Part shown: positions 11,231 to 24,995 of the stretch, one piece after another
Position numbering within the stretch: position 1 is the first letter of the stretch
Layout of the letters: every line of letters starts with the position of its first letter
Notes under the pieces: model-generated
Told to the model about the DNA's origin: nothing
Databases searched by the model: none
Seen by the model: the letters and a program-made list of their open reading frames with translations, nothing else
Assembly: GCF_006345805.1 (NCBI RefSeq)
Contig: NC_043012.1
Span: forward strand, 26,970,001-27,034,000
Length of the DNA: 64,000 nucleotides
Source of the DNA: Octopus sinensis
Lineage: Eukaryota
Reading direction: 5' to 3'
Translations under genes and position numbers: made by a program

Positions 11231-12079
11231 TGGTCGTACTCGGACAAGAGCTGACTTCTATAGTGTACACTCCAGTAAACGCAGCACGGTTGAATGCTTA
11301 AGAAATTCGATTCGTAATTACAAGATCCCGCGTTCAAACCAACCAACTGCATGGCATCTTCGAATGCGTATGAATTATTTAAACATAGCTTCGCGACGAT
11401 CTAAGTCTCGTGAGCGGAGACATCGGGCAACTGTGTAGTTATCTCGATGGGTAGATTGTACCCGTAATTCAAAAGATACATCCCTGTTCCACACTATGTC
11501 ACGCTGATTCTTCTCTGTGAGAATTACGTTATCGATACACGTGTCTGCGAAACATTCAGTGCCTTGTATGCAAATTCGATGAACAGATTTCAGTTCCAGT
11601 TAATCGAAAAACTGAATCTTCATCGTCGTTATCACAGTAGACCCATTTACAGTGTTTGGCCCTTCGGGAGAAGGCTGGAACTTTGCATAGTGTCTCAGGC
11701 TATGTTACTACTTCCCCATACTCTTTATAATACAATTATTAAAATACTAAGAAAAGCATGTCGCCCCAAGCACTAATATAATCGCTGGGAAAAGTTACTG
11801 TTTAAACAAATTATTTAAATTAATACATTTTGAAAAATAGTTTGTTTGCCAGAAATATTTTTTAAAAGTGCAAAATGATATTCTATTTTCGGTTTTACAT
11901 TTATCCTTTTTTTTCCCCATGCACTCTTAAGAAGTTCGTAGTGAATTAGTATTCTAGTTCTACGACTAACTGATACAAATGGTTATCAGCACAATTTTTA
12001 TATACATATACCGTTTACCTTTTATTCTTTACTTGTTCCAGTTATTTGGCTGTGGCCATGCTGGGGCACCGCCTTGATG

Positions 12080-12109
<30 letters not shown>

Positions 12110-12113
<4 letters not shown>

Positions 12114-12533
12114 AAGGGTTTGCATATTGCCAATGCCCTTACTTAGAAAAAAAAACAAAGTTACGGAAGCATTGATAACAACTCAAAACTAGCAAGAACT
12201 TTAAAAAAAGGAAGACCCACCATCAAGGAAACATGCTCGTCAGGCTCTGATCTGGAACTTACAACGGAGGCAGAAGAGAGGACGCCTTAAAAATAACTGA
12301 GTGGGAATACTGAGGGCGAACTAGAAAAGCAGGGATCAAACTGAAGACAGGCAGGAAAGACGGTCCAAAGTCGTGAATGGTGAAGAAAAGTGGCTGATGG
12401 CGTATGCTCGATAAGAGAGAGAAGAGCTTAAAGCAGAAAAGAAGTGGTCGTACTCGGACAAGAGCTGACTTCTATAGTGTACACTCCAGTAAACGCAGCA
12501 CGGTTGAATGCTTAAGAAATTCGATTCGTAATT
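12110..12533 (+). repeat. Near-identical direct duplicate of 10895-11319
   Basis: 424 vs 425 bp; visible differences are one A in an A-run and one T/C. Begins immediately after a (TA)n tract. Confidence 0.95.
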
Positions 12534-13004
12534 CGCGAACCACCCAGCGAACTTCCACCATGGGTCATCACAATTGCTTAAGGTAAAAATGAATTCCTCG
12601 CTCTTTCGGAAACATCAATCTTCTGTATTGACCGCTTTCCACCACTTTGATCTGTTTTTTGTATTGAATACGTATCGCCACCGTGGGCCACTGCATCGAA
12701 CACTTTGAACATATACTTCAAACTATATATCAACTATACATGAACTATATATCAACTATACATGAACTCTAAGATGTCTGACTCCGTTGTGTATTATAAA
12801 TGAATTTCTTGTGTTTGACGGCATGAGCTGTCTCTTTTATATATAACTTTTTTTGATAAGGTTCATTTCAGGAACTGAAACATGTTATAATTATATATAA
12901 AAAATTAAAAATTGTATAATACAGCAGCATTTTCGAACTTCATTTTTTACAAATATATATATATATATATATGTATGTATATATATAAATGTATGTATGT
13001 ATAT

Positions 13005-13254
13005 ACTCTTTTTACTCTTTTATTTGTTTCTGTCATTTGACTGTGGCCATGCTGGAGCACCGCCTTTAGTCGAGCAAATCGACCCCAGGACTTATTCTTT
13101 GGATGCCTAGTACTTATTCTATCGGTCTCTTTTGCCGAACCGCTAGGCTACGGGGACGTAAACGCACCATCAGCATCGGTTGTCAAGTGATGTTCGGGGG
13201 GGGACAAACACAGACAAAAAAAACATATACACCACATACATACATACATACATG

Positions 13255-13328
<74 letters not shown>

Positions 13329-13500
13329 ATATATATACAACGGGCTTCTTTCAGTTTCCGTCTACTAAATGCACTCACAAGGCTTTGGTCGGCCGAGACT
13401 ATAGTAGAAGACACTTGCCCAAGGTGCCACGCAATGGGACTGAACCTGGAACCATGTGGTTGGTAAGCAAGCTGCTTTTACCACAGCCACTGCTACGCCT
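13005..13500 (-). mobile_element. SINE family A
   Basis: Full-length similarity to 2936-3403. Confidence 0.9.
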
Positions 13501-14200
13501 TAAATACACAGAATTCATGTGATTGTATTTACTTTAGGTATTAACAAAACCGAGTTAGGCCGTACACTACTACTGCTATGCAATATACAATATACAAGTA
13601 TGTATGGTAGTTATTGAACCTACCACAAATAGCATCCAGGTACCACTCAAATCATAGGCTTTTTGTTTTATTAAAAGTGAAGTTCACAAGTACTGAAATA
13701 CAGGTAGGGTGTAAAGAAGCTCAGTGCTTTTGGTCAAAAGTCTGCGTGAAATGGACTGCTGTTTGGCTAAACAGCAGCAACAACAAAAGCAACACTAAGA
13801 ATAAAATAAAGACGGCAAGAAAAAAAAACCCAGTCGTATCAGCTCCAAGAGGAATAAAGATGAATATGACAGCAACAATAATAATAACATGAACGACAAT
13901 AGCAACAGCAACAGCAGCAACAACAGCAAACTGCAGTAGCTACAGCAACAACAGCAAACTGCAGTAGCTACAGCAACAACAACAAATGCAGCAAACAGCA
14001 AAAGCAACAAGGAGCAACAAAGATGGCGTATTATCAGGAAGACACGAGGTTTGGAAGACAATAGTGTGACGGACTTTGGAGAATAACTTTCTATGATTTT
14101 AATTTAGCTAATGTATAAACACACACACACAGACACACACACATACACATATCGTTTTTCGTTCTTCCTCTCTCTCTCTTATATATATATATATATATAT

Positions 14201-14259
<59 letters not shown>

Positions 14260-14589
14260 CATATGTTTGTTTGTGTGCATGTATGAATCTATTTATGTAT
14301 GCAGGTATACACACACACAAACACATTACACACACACACAAACACATACACACACATATATATATATATACATATATAGAGAGAGAGATACATAGATACA
14401 TACATACATACACGTGTATATGTCAGTATGTATCCATAAATTTGTTTATATGGTGTACGCGTTGAATGTATAAATATGTGTGTTTATATATGTATATCTA
14501 CAAAATTCAGCTATATAGACAGTTATATACATATTATATTATACATATATATATATATATATATATATGCATATACATACACACCACAC

Positions 14590-14631
<42 letters not shown>

Positions 14632-14658
14632 TATATAGGTTTGTTGTGTGTATATGCA

Positions 14659-14723
<65 letters not shown>

Positions 14724-14832
14724 TGTATAATATAATATATATAATATATGTGTATATAGATATACCTATATAAGTATATACATATATTAACTTGTATATA
14801 GATGAATTTTGTACATATACATATATAAACAC

Positions 14833-14908
<76 letters not shown>

Positions 14909-15433
14909 GATATATCTTAGCAGTAATAAAGCATGTCGAATTGTCTCGGGATTATGCTTGTTTGACTGGCATGTTTGAATATTGTGGTCGAAACATGAAA
15001 CTTCTAAATTAAATGTAAACAAAAATGCATCTGCATACATAAACACAGACAAACAAACGCAAACATGCGCATAGACGTACTCACGTAATTACATATGTAC
15101 GTAAATGCACATGTATATAAATGCATATTTATATAAGCGTATTGTGCATGTGAGCATATGCGCATGCGTGTTATATGCAGAACTCCAGTAATATGACGAT
15201 ATTTCTCTTATTTGATGAATATCATGTTCGCAGAATAATATATAGGGGCATGTGTGTTTGTATGAGTTATATATATACATGCATAGTATATATAATATTT
15301 ATAGGATTTAATACTATATCATATATAGATACCCGTATGTCTATATATTCATACTATACAATGTAAGCTATATATATATATGTGTGTGTATGTATAATAT
15401 ACGTAATTATGTACGCACGCGTGTGCTTTTATT

Positions 15434-15479
<46 letters not shown>

Positions 15480-15604
15480 GTATGTATGTATGTTGTATGT
15501 ATGTATGTATGATGTATGTATGTATGTATGTATACGCCGACACCACCACACACACACATATGAATATAGAGGGAGAGGAGGTAGATTTACATATATATAT
15601 ATAT

Positions 15605-15649
<45 letters not shown>

Positions 15650-16289
15650 CACAGATATATATATACAGATATATATATAGAGAGAGAGAGAAAAAGAGAG
15701 AGAGAGAGAGATTGATTGATTGATTTAAACACGTTCCTACCTATATGCGTCTTCTATATCCACGTGTGTGTGTGTGTGCGTGTGTGTGTGTTTGCGTGTG
15801 TTAGTATATGTGCGTGTGTGTATGTGCACACGTGTAAATATGTATGCATCCGTATATGCATATGAGTATATAATTATATATGTGTATATATTTGTGCACA
15901 GTTCAAAGAGTAAAGAGGATGTATTCATTTTGTTTGAGAAGTTATATGTATATTTTATAAAAGATGCTTTCATTTCAAATATAATTTGTTCAGTAAACAC
16001 ACGTGTTCCTTCAGTATTAACAAGTTTATTTACAAACTTCATTTCTCATAATAATTTATTGATTTTCAAGTTTGTAATTGAAAAGGAATTATGTACATGT
16101 GTATGCGCGTGTATATTTCTCTTTATGTAAGAATATATTCATTAGTATATGAATGTATGTGAAGGTTTTTAACTATATATGCATGCATGTACTAGCGTAC
16201 GCGCATGTATGTATCCCTGCATGATGTGTGTGTGTGCGTGTGTGTCTCTCTCTCTCTCTTCTCTATATATATATATATATATATATACA

Positions 16290-16674
16290 TCCGTCCTGGC
16301 ACTCCGTCGGTTACGACGACGAGGGTTCCAGTTGATCCGATCAACGGAATAGCCTGCTCGCGAAATTAACGTGCAAATGGCTGAGCACTCCACGGACACG
16401 TGTACCCTTAACGTAGTTCTCGGGGAGATTCAGCGTGGCATAGTGTGACAAGGCTAGCCCCTTTGAAATACAGGTACAACAGAAACAGGAAGAAACAGTG
16501 AGAGAAAGTTGTGGTGAAAGAATACAGCAAGGTTCGCCACCAACCCCTGCCGGTTCCACAAAGAGCTTTAAGTGTTTTCGCTCAATAGATACTCACAACG
16601 CCCGGTCTGGGAATCGAAAGCGCGATCCTTCGACTGCGAGTCCGCTGCCCTAACCACTGGGCCATTGCGCCTCC
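16290..16674 (-). mobile_element. tRNA-derived SINE, family C (head ggaggcgcaatggcccagtggttagggcagcggactcg)
   Basis: Reverse complement of the copies at 48225 and 56265, more diverged; A-box tggcccagtggtta and B-box-like gtttcgattccc. Confidence 0.9.
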
Positions 16675-16709
<35 letters not shown>

Positions 16710-16791
16710 CATACACATGTGTTTGTATGTATGCGTCATATGCATATTTTATGTATGATTTTACGTATGGATGTGTATGTATACTTGTAAA

Positions 16792-17010
16792 TACGAGGTA
16801 TGATCAATAAGTATCCGGACTGTTACTATAGTAACGAAGCTAATGCACCCAGAGTAAAACCGGTTGGCAAAGATTGACCTTGAACTCTTAATACATGTGT
16901 ACTAAGTTCTAACATTCTAGCTCACTTCTGCTGTTTACAGCAGTGCTTCGAAGGAAGGTTTCTATCGTGTGATCGGCACATTGACCATGACAGAGAAAGT
17001 TGAGCAGAGA
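16792..17010 (+). mobile_element. Mariner 5' fragment (TIR plus transposase start)
   Basis: TA-CGAGG..tcaataagtatccggac TIR-like start; atgacagagaaagttgagcagaga = MTEKVEQR, a typical mariner N-terminus. Confidence 0.55.
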
Positions 17011-17202
17011 TTAGTTGGGTAAGAGTAAATATTAGAAATAGGTGTCAGATGAAGAGAGAGGAGGGGTTCAGATTAAGAGAGGTGGGGAGTTGAGCCCATG
17101 TGGAGCAAAGGAATTAAGAGAGAAGATTAATTCGTGCTCACGGCGAAGACAGATATATATAATATATATATATATGTATGTATGTATGTATGTATATGTA
17201 TA

Positions 17203-17490
17203 TCTATTATATAAAATCTGTTCCGTCTGTCTGTGTGTGTGTCTTCTAGGATCTCGGGCATCATCCATCCGATTGCGCTCAAATTTGATATGTAGATACC
17301 GACGGTATCAGGGCGTGTATAAGTCTTGAAAAAATTACAAAAATCGATTCCATGTGAGAATGCGATCGATAAAGCGGTGAAAACATGCATTTATACACGC
17401 AAGTACATCAGCTGTTGCGATTAATACTACACGTACGCGAGAAAAATGCAAGGAATGTGGTTTACAAGGCTGCGCTCCACTAGCTTTTCC
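17203..17490 (+). mobile_element. Non-autonomous Helitron-like fragment
   Basis: A|TC start tctattatataaaatc followed by a gtctgtctgtgtgtg tract and ..ccgattgcgctcaaattt.., the layout of Lep1-type Helitrons. The 3' CTAG end is uncertain (17480 or 18159) and no clear terminal hairpin was found. Confidence 0.4.
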
Positions 17491-18010
17491 ATGCCCTTGA
17501 ACATCCTGTAAAGTAAGTTAGCTTAAAGTTAGTTACTTAGTTCCCTAGGTTGTTGCTTTTCATCAAAAATTGCCCCAAATTGATTTCCTACATGTTTTAT
17601 CGGATAAACTTATTATTGTCCCAGGTACGTTCTCATAAATTCATCATGCTTTTCCATCTAGATTTACCTCCACCTAACCCATTTGCATGCATCGTTTTTG
17701 TCCTGCTTTTCTTCCGTCAACCTGTAGATAACTGCACCTTCCATTTTTTTTGTTTTTGTACTGCTTAATGGCACGTTTCTTTCCTGCCAAGCATACTGTT
17801 TAAAACGTTTTGCATATTTGTGTGAATAAAATCGTTTTTTATTTTTGGAATAGAAAAAAAGTCTATCTTTATTTCTTCTTTTGCTGGTGTCTCAAATTTA
17901 GGTTAAATCAGTGTTTCTCATGGGACGGTCGGACAAGTTGTTTTGAGAAAACTTGGTTTAAATGTTTGACAACTCAGCACCGTCCATTTGACGGGGGGCG
18001 TTTTGCACGA

Positions 18011-18055
<45 letters not shown>

Positions 18056-18416
18056 CGCCGGATTTCTTTCAGTTACTACATAGCCACGCCTGCGCTTACA
18101 TCATTATTTGTATTAAACAAAAATGTATGATAAATGTTTTTTTAATGCTTTAAATAAGCTAGTCTTTATTCAGCGTCAAACATTAAAAGAAAACTTGCTG
18201 AGGTCATTTAAAATTATATTTCTTTCGGCGAATATTCCTTCAGTACAAATGTTTACGGCAAAAGTTTCCTAGAACCAGTTCATTTATTTACCCGGGGCTC
18301 CTACAAAGCAATTAAGACGGCCCTTACTGGTCGGTAAGTCTACCCAGTGGTATTATTTAATTAAAACACCTGACCCTTGGAAAGAAGGACTTCCATCAGA
18401 ATACATCATAGCTAAG

Positions 18417-18952
18417 TACCGTAAATCCTCGAGTATAGTCCGCCCTTGAGTATAATACGCATGGGATTTTTAGGGGGCTGTACCTCCGAAAGACCTAAAC
18501 CTAGTGTATAATACGCACCCCTTCTCTAACTTGAGTCGTGCGTAATTAAACCAGCAGCACCTAGTCGAACAAACTCTTCGGCGCATGCGTAATGCAATAA
18601 TGGTGACGTTCTTAACTGTTATACGGGAATGTAAATATGTTTGCAAATTATTTTTGTTACATGTTATTCTGTGTTACATGTTATTCTGAATACTTTTATT
18701 TTAATAAATGTTGCTTACTGCAAGTTATGGATGATTCTTTTATGACTTCATTGCTTTCAGGCTTAGCTTAAGCTATTTTCGCGCCCGACATCACAAAATG
18801 CGTCTGAATAAACATTGCCGGACAGCAAATAGAGACTCGGACATTGCTGAGAAAATATTTTTCATTTTTACCCTCGTATATAGTACGCACTAGGGATTTT
18901 GACCGTTAAATTTTGGGGAAGAAATCCGGATTATACTCGAGGATTTATGGTA
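18417..18952. mobile_element. Tc2/pogo-like MITE
   Basis: TIRs taccgtaaatcctcgagtata / tatactcgaggatttatggta with TA ends; subterminal repeated gtataatacgca. Confidence 0.75.
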
Positions 18953-19049
18953 TATGAAGGAGTATGACATCCACTTGAATGGTAAAACTTGCGGAATCCA
19001 CTTTCGAACATTCGCCAAAGTTATTGGGGAACGCACCAGGAATAAATAT

Positions 19050-19227
19050 AGAGGTGCAGGGGTGGATGTGTGGTAAGAAGTTTACTTCCCAACCACTTGG
19101 TTTTTAGTTCAGTCCCAGTGCATGGCACCTTGAGCAAGTGTCTTCTACTATGGCCTCTGACTGATGAAAGCCTTGTGAGTGGATTTGATTGAAAGAAACT
19201 GAAGGAAGTCCATCGTGCATGTGTGTG

Positions 19228-19278
<51 letters not shown>

Positions 19279-19480
19279 GTGAGCGTGTGTGTGTACTTTA
19301 TTCCCCGCTTGATTTATGTTAGCATGCATGCATTTTCGTAGTCAAGCGGTTTGGCAAAATCCCTGATAGAATACGTACCAGGATTTAAAAAAGGAAGTCC
19401 TGGGCGATTTGTTCGACTAAAATCCCTCAAGGCGATGCCCCAGCATGGCCGCAGTGTAATGAGTTAAAGAAGTGAGAGAT
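19050..19480 (+). mobile_element. SINE family A (diverged)
   Basis: Head, gcaccttgagcaagtg core, (TG)n centre, tail. Confidence 0.85.
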
Positions 19481-19542
19481 AAAAGATAAATGATAGTTGC
19501 ATATTTGCATTCGATGGTAATCTTCCACAGAAACTTAGTAAT

Positions 19543-20550
19543 AGGCGCTGGCATGGCTCTGTGGTAAAAGGCTTGCCTCCCAACCACATGGGTCCGGGTT
19601 CAGTCCCACTGCGTGACACCTAGGGCAAGTGGCTTCTACTATACCCTCAACCCGACCAAAGCCTTGTCAGTGGATTTGGTAGATAGAAACTGAAAGGCGG
19701 CAAGCTGGCAGAAACGTTAGCACGTCGGGCGAAATGCTTAGCGGTATTTCGTCTGCCGTTACGTTGTGAGTTCAAATTCCGGTCGATAAATTAAGTACCA
19801 GTTACGTACTGGTGTCGATGTAATCGACTTAATACCTATGTTTGTCGACTTAATACCTATGTTTTCGCCTTAATACCTTGTTTGTTCCCTCTGTGTTTAG
19901 CCCCTTGTGGGTAATAAAGAAATAGGTATTTTGTCTGCCGTTACGTTCTGAGTTCAAATTCCGCCGAGGTCGACTTTGACTTTCATCCTTTCGGCGTCGA
20001 TTAAATAAGTACCAGTTACGCACTGGGGTCGATACATTCGACTTAATCCGTTTGTCTGTCCTTGTTTGTCATGTCTGTGTTTATCCCCTTGTGGGTAGTA
20101 AAGAAATAGGTATTTCGTCTGCCATTGCGTTGTGAGTTCAAATTCAGCCGAGGTCGACTTTGCCCCTCATCCTTTCGGGGTCGATAAATCAAGTACCAAT
20201 TACGCACTGGGGTCGATCTAACCGACTTAATCCCTTTGTCTGTCCTTGTTTGTCCCCTCTATGTTTAGTCCCTTGTGGGCAATAAAAAATAAGAAACTGA
20301 AAGAAGCACGACGTATATATATATATATAAACATATATGTGTGTGTGTATGTTTGTTCCCCACCAACGCTTGACAACCGATGTTGGTGTGTATACATACC
20401 CGTAATTTACCGATTCGGCAAACGACACCGATGGAATAAGTACTCGGCTTACAAAGAATAAGCCGTGGTGGGGCGGTTCAATTTGTTCGACTAAAGACGG
20501 TACTCCCGCATGACCGCAGTCAAACGACTGAAACAAATAGAAGAATAAAA
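19543..20550 (+). mobile_element. SINE family A split by a nested SINE family B multimer
   Basis: A 5' half 19543-19696, A 3' half 20292-20550; 12-bp duplication agaaactgaaag at 19685-19696 and 20292-20303. Confidence 0.85.
19697..20291 (+). mobile_element. tRNA-derived SINE family B (head ggcggcgagctggcagaaacgttag) with ~3 tandem ~180-bp body units
   Basis: B-box gagttcaaattcc; unit ..ttcgtctgccgttacg..gtcgataaattaagtaccag..ccttgtggg..aaagaaataggta repeated. Confidence 0.9.
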
Positions 20551-21326
20551 GAATAATAATCTAGCGTATATTTGGTAACAGTATCTTCTGCCTTTAATTA
20601 CTGCCACGGAAAATCTTGCAACGATCCAACCAACCATCCCCAAAATTTGTAAAATGAAAATATATCCATTGTCTCTGATGTTATAATCATTCAAAGAGGA
20701 TATACAACGAGACAGTTTGTCTCAGAATTAGATTTGTATTGGCATAGAATCCGCTCTCTCATTTACATAAGTCTACACAAGGATCTATAACAGGAAGGAA
20801 AAGTAATATGACTCCAAATTTCTATGTTGACTATCTTATTATCCATACTAAATATAATCTACAATGCTGAGGAACAGCTGGGTTTTAAATGATATTGCGA
20901 TGGAATGTGGCCAAATGTAGTACTCCTACTCAAAAGTTAAACGAGAAAAACCACTTTCTAAACGAAAAACAGATAGTTTTTCTATTTTTCCTTTTCTACA
21001 TATTGAATGCTTCAAATAGGTATTGATGAAAATGTGTCACACGAAAGTGACGTCATTAATAATTATAGTATTAGAATTTTTCAACATGGCCGTGCGAGCT
21101 TTCCTCCTGCACCTACACAATGTCAAATCACATTTAGCTTAGCTGAAATATGTTCAAGTACTTTATAGAGGTTGTCTGCTCCATGGATATTAAGCACCTC
21201 CAACCAGACCCTTATATTAACTGGAACAATGCAAAATATATGAAATGACAAACGTTCATATATACATACATACACTTACAAATACTCTCTCCTACTCTCA
21301 CACAAACAAACATACACGTATGTATA

Positions 21327-21785
21327 TACAGAGGTTGGAGAATATAATGTTTAAACATTTTATCTCATCAAATTCATCCTATGATTGCGGATAAAATAAT
21401 GGAAACACCTTAAAATTTCAAACAAATTTATTTTAATATGGGATAGGACAACTTTGGCAGTAATTACAGCTTGAATTCTATGAGGTATGGACTCCAACAA
21501 AGTTTGAATTATTTCCAAAGGAATTTTTGTCCATTCTTCAGCTAAAACAGTCTCCATTTCTCGAAGTGATGATCAGGATATCGACTCCTTACTTGTTTTT
21601 CTGAAATGTCGAGGATATCAGCTCCTTACTTATTTCTCTAAAATGCACCATAAATGTTCAATAATATTGAGATCTGGAGACTGTGGTGGCCAGATAAGAT
21701 GTTCAACTTCACTAGAATGTTCCTCGTGCCATTCAGTAACAACTTTAGCTGTGTGAATTGGTGCATTTTCATCCTGAAAGATTGA
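21327..21785 (-). mobile_element. Tc1-family transposase C-terminal fragment with right TIR; spacing consistent with DD36E
   Basis: IFQDENAPIHTAKVVTEWHEEHSSEVEHLIWPPQSPDLNIIEHLWCI, then ETVLAEEWTKIPLEIIQTLLESIPHRIQAVITAK; TA-CAG terminus at 21327. Confidence 0.85.
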
Positions 21786-22093
21786 GTTTCATATACATAT
21801 ATAAGCATATATGGGTACGGGACGTCACACCGTGAACAGCATGAAATACGGAAACAAATGAGTTAAATACGCAAACAATGAGAGAAACAAACTGAAAACA
21901 GTACAAGTAACATAAAGAACGACCCTTCATCAGTTGTCAGCTGTCTATATACTCCCCATTTCGAGCGCTATATTATATATATATATATATATATGTATGT
22001 ATTTATAAAAAACATTCATACATATATATATATACATACATACATATATATACATATATATATATATACATATATATACATATATATATATAC

Positions 22094-22190
<97 letters not shown>

Positions 22191-22194
22191 ATAT

Positions 22195-22257
<63 letters not shown>

Positions 22258-22847
22258 CATACATGGAGCCATTACTACACTGAATAACTTTGCTAGTATT
22301 AAATGAAAAAAATATTTCTAATGCCGAGCGTGTTCAAACTTTCGACTATATCCGTGAAAATTTTCACGCAGATTCAAACATACCACAGAATACTTGATAT
22401 AAGAGTTTTAGTCAGAAAAGCAAAAACCGTATGAATAATTGTAAAGAACGGTTGCCCAGTGGACGCTAAGCTTGCAATAAATAATTAGTGAGAAGGAAAA
22501 CATTTATGGACAAGAGCTTCGACACCTACAGTTTCTGTGGCGATAATATAAATTTAAATATGTACTTTGAATCGTAGGTGAACTTTGCTATGTTATTAAG
22601 TCTCGAAGTAATAGCTTGGAAAATTTGTTGTTTTCAGGTGAAAAGTAATACAGACATCATCATTCTGATAACGGAGAAGATGAAAATATTCAAGGCTTTT
22701 TTCTAAATTGCATGATGTGTAACCATTATTCTTGTTCTTGTTATTATTTTTACCTAAATTCCAATGATAGGGGTTCGTTTCATTCATAGAAACCAAACCA
22801 TTCTATACACGAATTATCTAAAGCATTAAAAACAAATACACACACAC

Positions 22848-22901
<54 letters not shown>

Positions 22902-22972
22902 CTAGATAGATTGATAGAAAGAATGAGAGAGAGAAACATTTACATTTATATATATAATATATATATGAACAC

Positions 22973-23015
<43 letters not shown>

Positions 23016-23483
23016 ATATATATATTATAATATATATAAACATATATATATATATACAAATATATATATAAACATATATATATATATACAAATATATATA
23101 TAAACATATATATAAACATATAGATATATATATATATACATATATATATATGCAATTATATGTTTCAAGTAGTTTGGAGTTTAAATCGCACTTCTCCCTA
23201 ATCTCTGTGATGCGTAACTTTGAAAACTGTCAATAGGTGTCACTTCGTGGTTATGCATATTTTATTATTATGTTTTATGTTTGTAAATAGATAATGACTA
23301 CACTGGGCGACAATCATCACACTGTGCTGTACAAGGTGACTGTCAGTGTCAGAGGACTGCAGGCGAATCAAATAGACATTATTTTCATACGCTATCATAG
23401 TGAATATTATTTCTTGAGAAATAAATAAATAAAGATAGACAGACAGACAGATAGATTGATGATTAGATAGATAGATAGATATG

Positions 23484-23540
<57 letters not shown>

Positions 23541-23994
23541 TAAACATATACATATATATCTGTGTATATATATTAATGTGTGTATTGGGAAATATAGAGA
23601 GAGATACGTATATGTATGCATATGTATATATATATATATATATTTATATGTATGTATGTATGTATGTATGTATATGTATTGTGTTTTTTTGTGCTTTCTT
23701 GTTTGGATTAACTTTATATATATATATATATATTATATATATATATATGTGTGTGTGTGTAAGTGTGTGTGTGTGTATGTATACTTATATAAGCGGGATA
23801 AAGATAGATAAATAGATTAATATGTATATATATACATATACTTATATACATAATATATATGTATATATCTTTAGAGAGAGAAATGTACACATATATATGT
23901 GTCTGTATGTGTGTGTACGTATGTATGTTTGTGTACGTGTGTGTATGTGTAGGTCTGTCTTTGTTATATGTGTGCATCAATATAAGGTGGGGAA

Positions 23995-24107
<113 letters not shown>

Positions 24108-24416
24108 TGTATAATTTCTGTGCAAGAAGAAATTAGAAAGAAACAGAAATACTGATCTTCAAAATGTGTCGTCTGCAAAGAGAAATATTCTCTTCATATC
24201 ATTTATTCACAATATGGAATCCTATTTTGTTATGTTTAAAGCATATTATTATACAGAACTTATATTTAAGCATGCAGGAAAGTTAACTTCTGGAGCTTCC
24301 CTTAGTTTTCAAGAAGTCCGTAATGTGTTCTTGTGCAGATAATTCTAGTTAATTCTTGTAATAAAACATATGCTACGAGTGATAACAGAGACACACGTTT
24401 TCATATGTCAGTATGT

Positions 24417-24445
24417 AAACAGTGTCATACACACACATAATATTA

Positions 24446-24512
<67 letters not shown>

Positions 24513-24964
24513 GTTTGACAGCATTTATGATGTATGTAGAATACAGTGTTAGAGCATTATAAATAAAACACCAATATAATATCTAAACCCGTCACCTGCT
24601 ACCGGAGATGGTTTGGTGATTTGGTGGCGTGTACCAAGCTCTCGCTTATTTTTTTAGCTACCTGTCTAATCTCGAGGAGACATAGAGACCCCCTCTTTCT
24701 CTGTCTGTCTGGCTGTCTGTCTGTATCTCTCTCTAATAGTCACTTCATCCACTTTTCACTGGGTCAAAGCTAGGAAGAAAGAGGGGGTCTCTATGTCTCC
24801 TCGAGATTAGACAGGTAGCTAAAAGAATAAGCGAGAGCTTGGTACACGCCACCAAATCACCAAACCATCTCCGATAGCAGGTGATGGGTTTAGATATTAT
24901 ATTGGTGTTTTATTATAATGCTCTAACACTGTATTCTACATACATCATAAATGCTGTCAAACAG

Positions 24965-24995
<31 letters not shown>

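Noticed and set aside
13880-14060. Poly-Q/N-like coding stretch
   Set aside because: Stops in all plus frames nearby, no splice sites; explained by a degenerate (CAA/CAG)n tract with a 27-bp tandem duplication.
19158-19200. CTGATGA..GAAA within a SINE-A copy; also CTGATGA at ~21930 (minus)
   Set aside because: The first is a mutated SINE segment without stems; the second has GAAA on the wrong side and no pairing.
21048-21055. Perfect CRE TGACGTCA (and D-box TTACGTAA at 56912)
   Set aside because: Single 8-mers are expected by chance in 64 kb; no promoter context.
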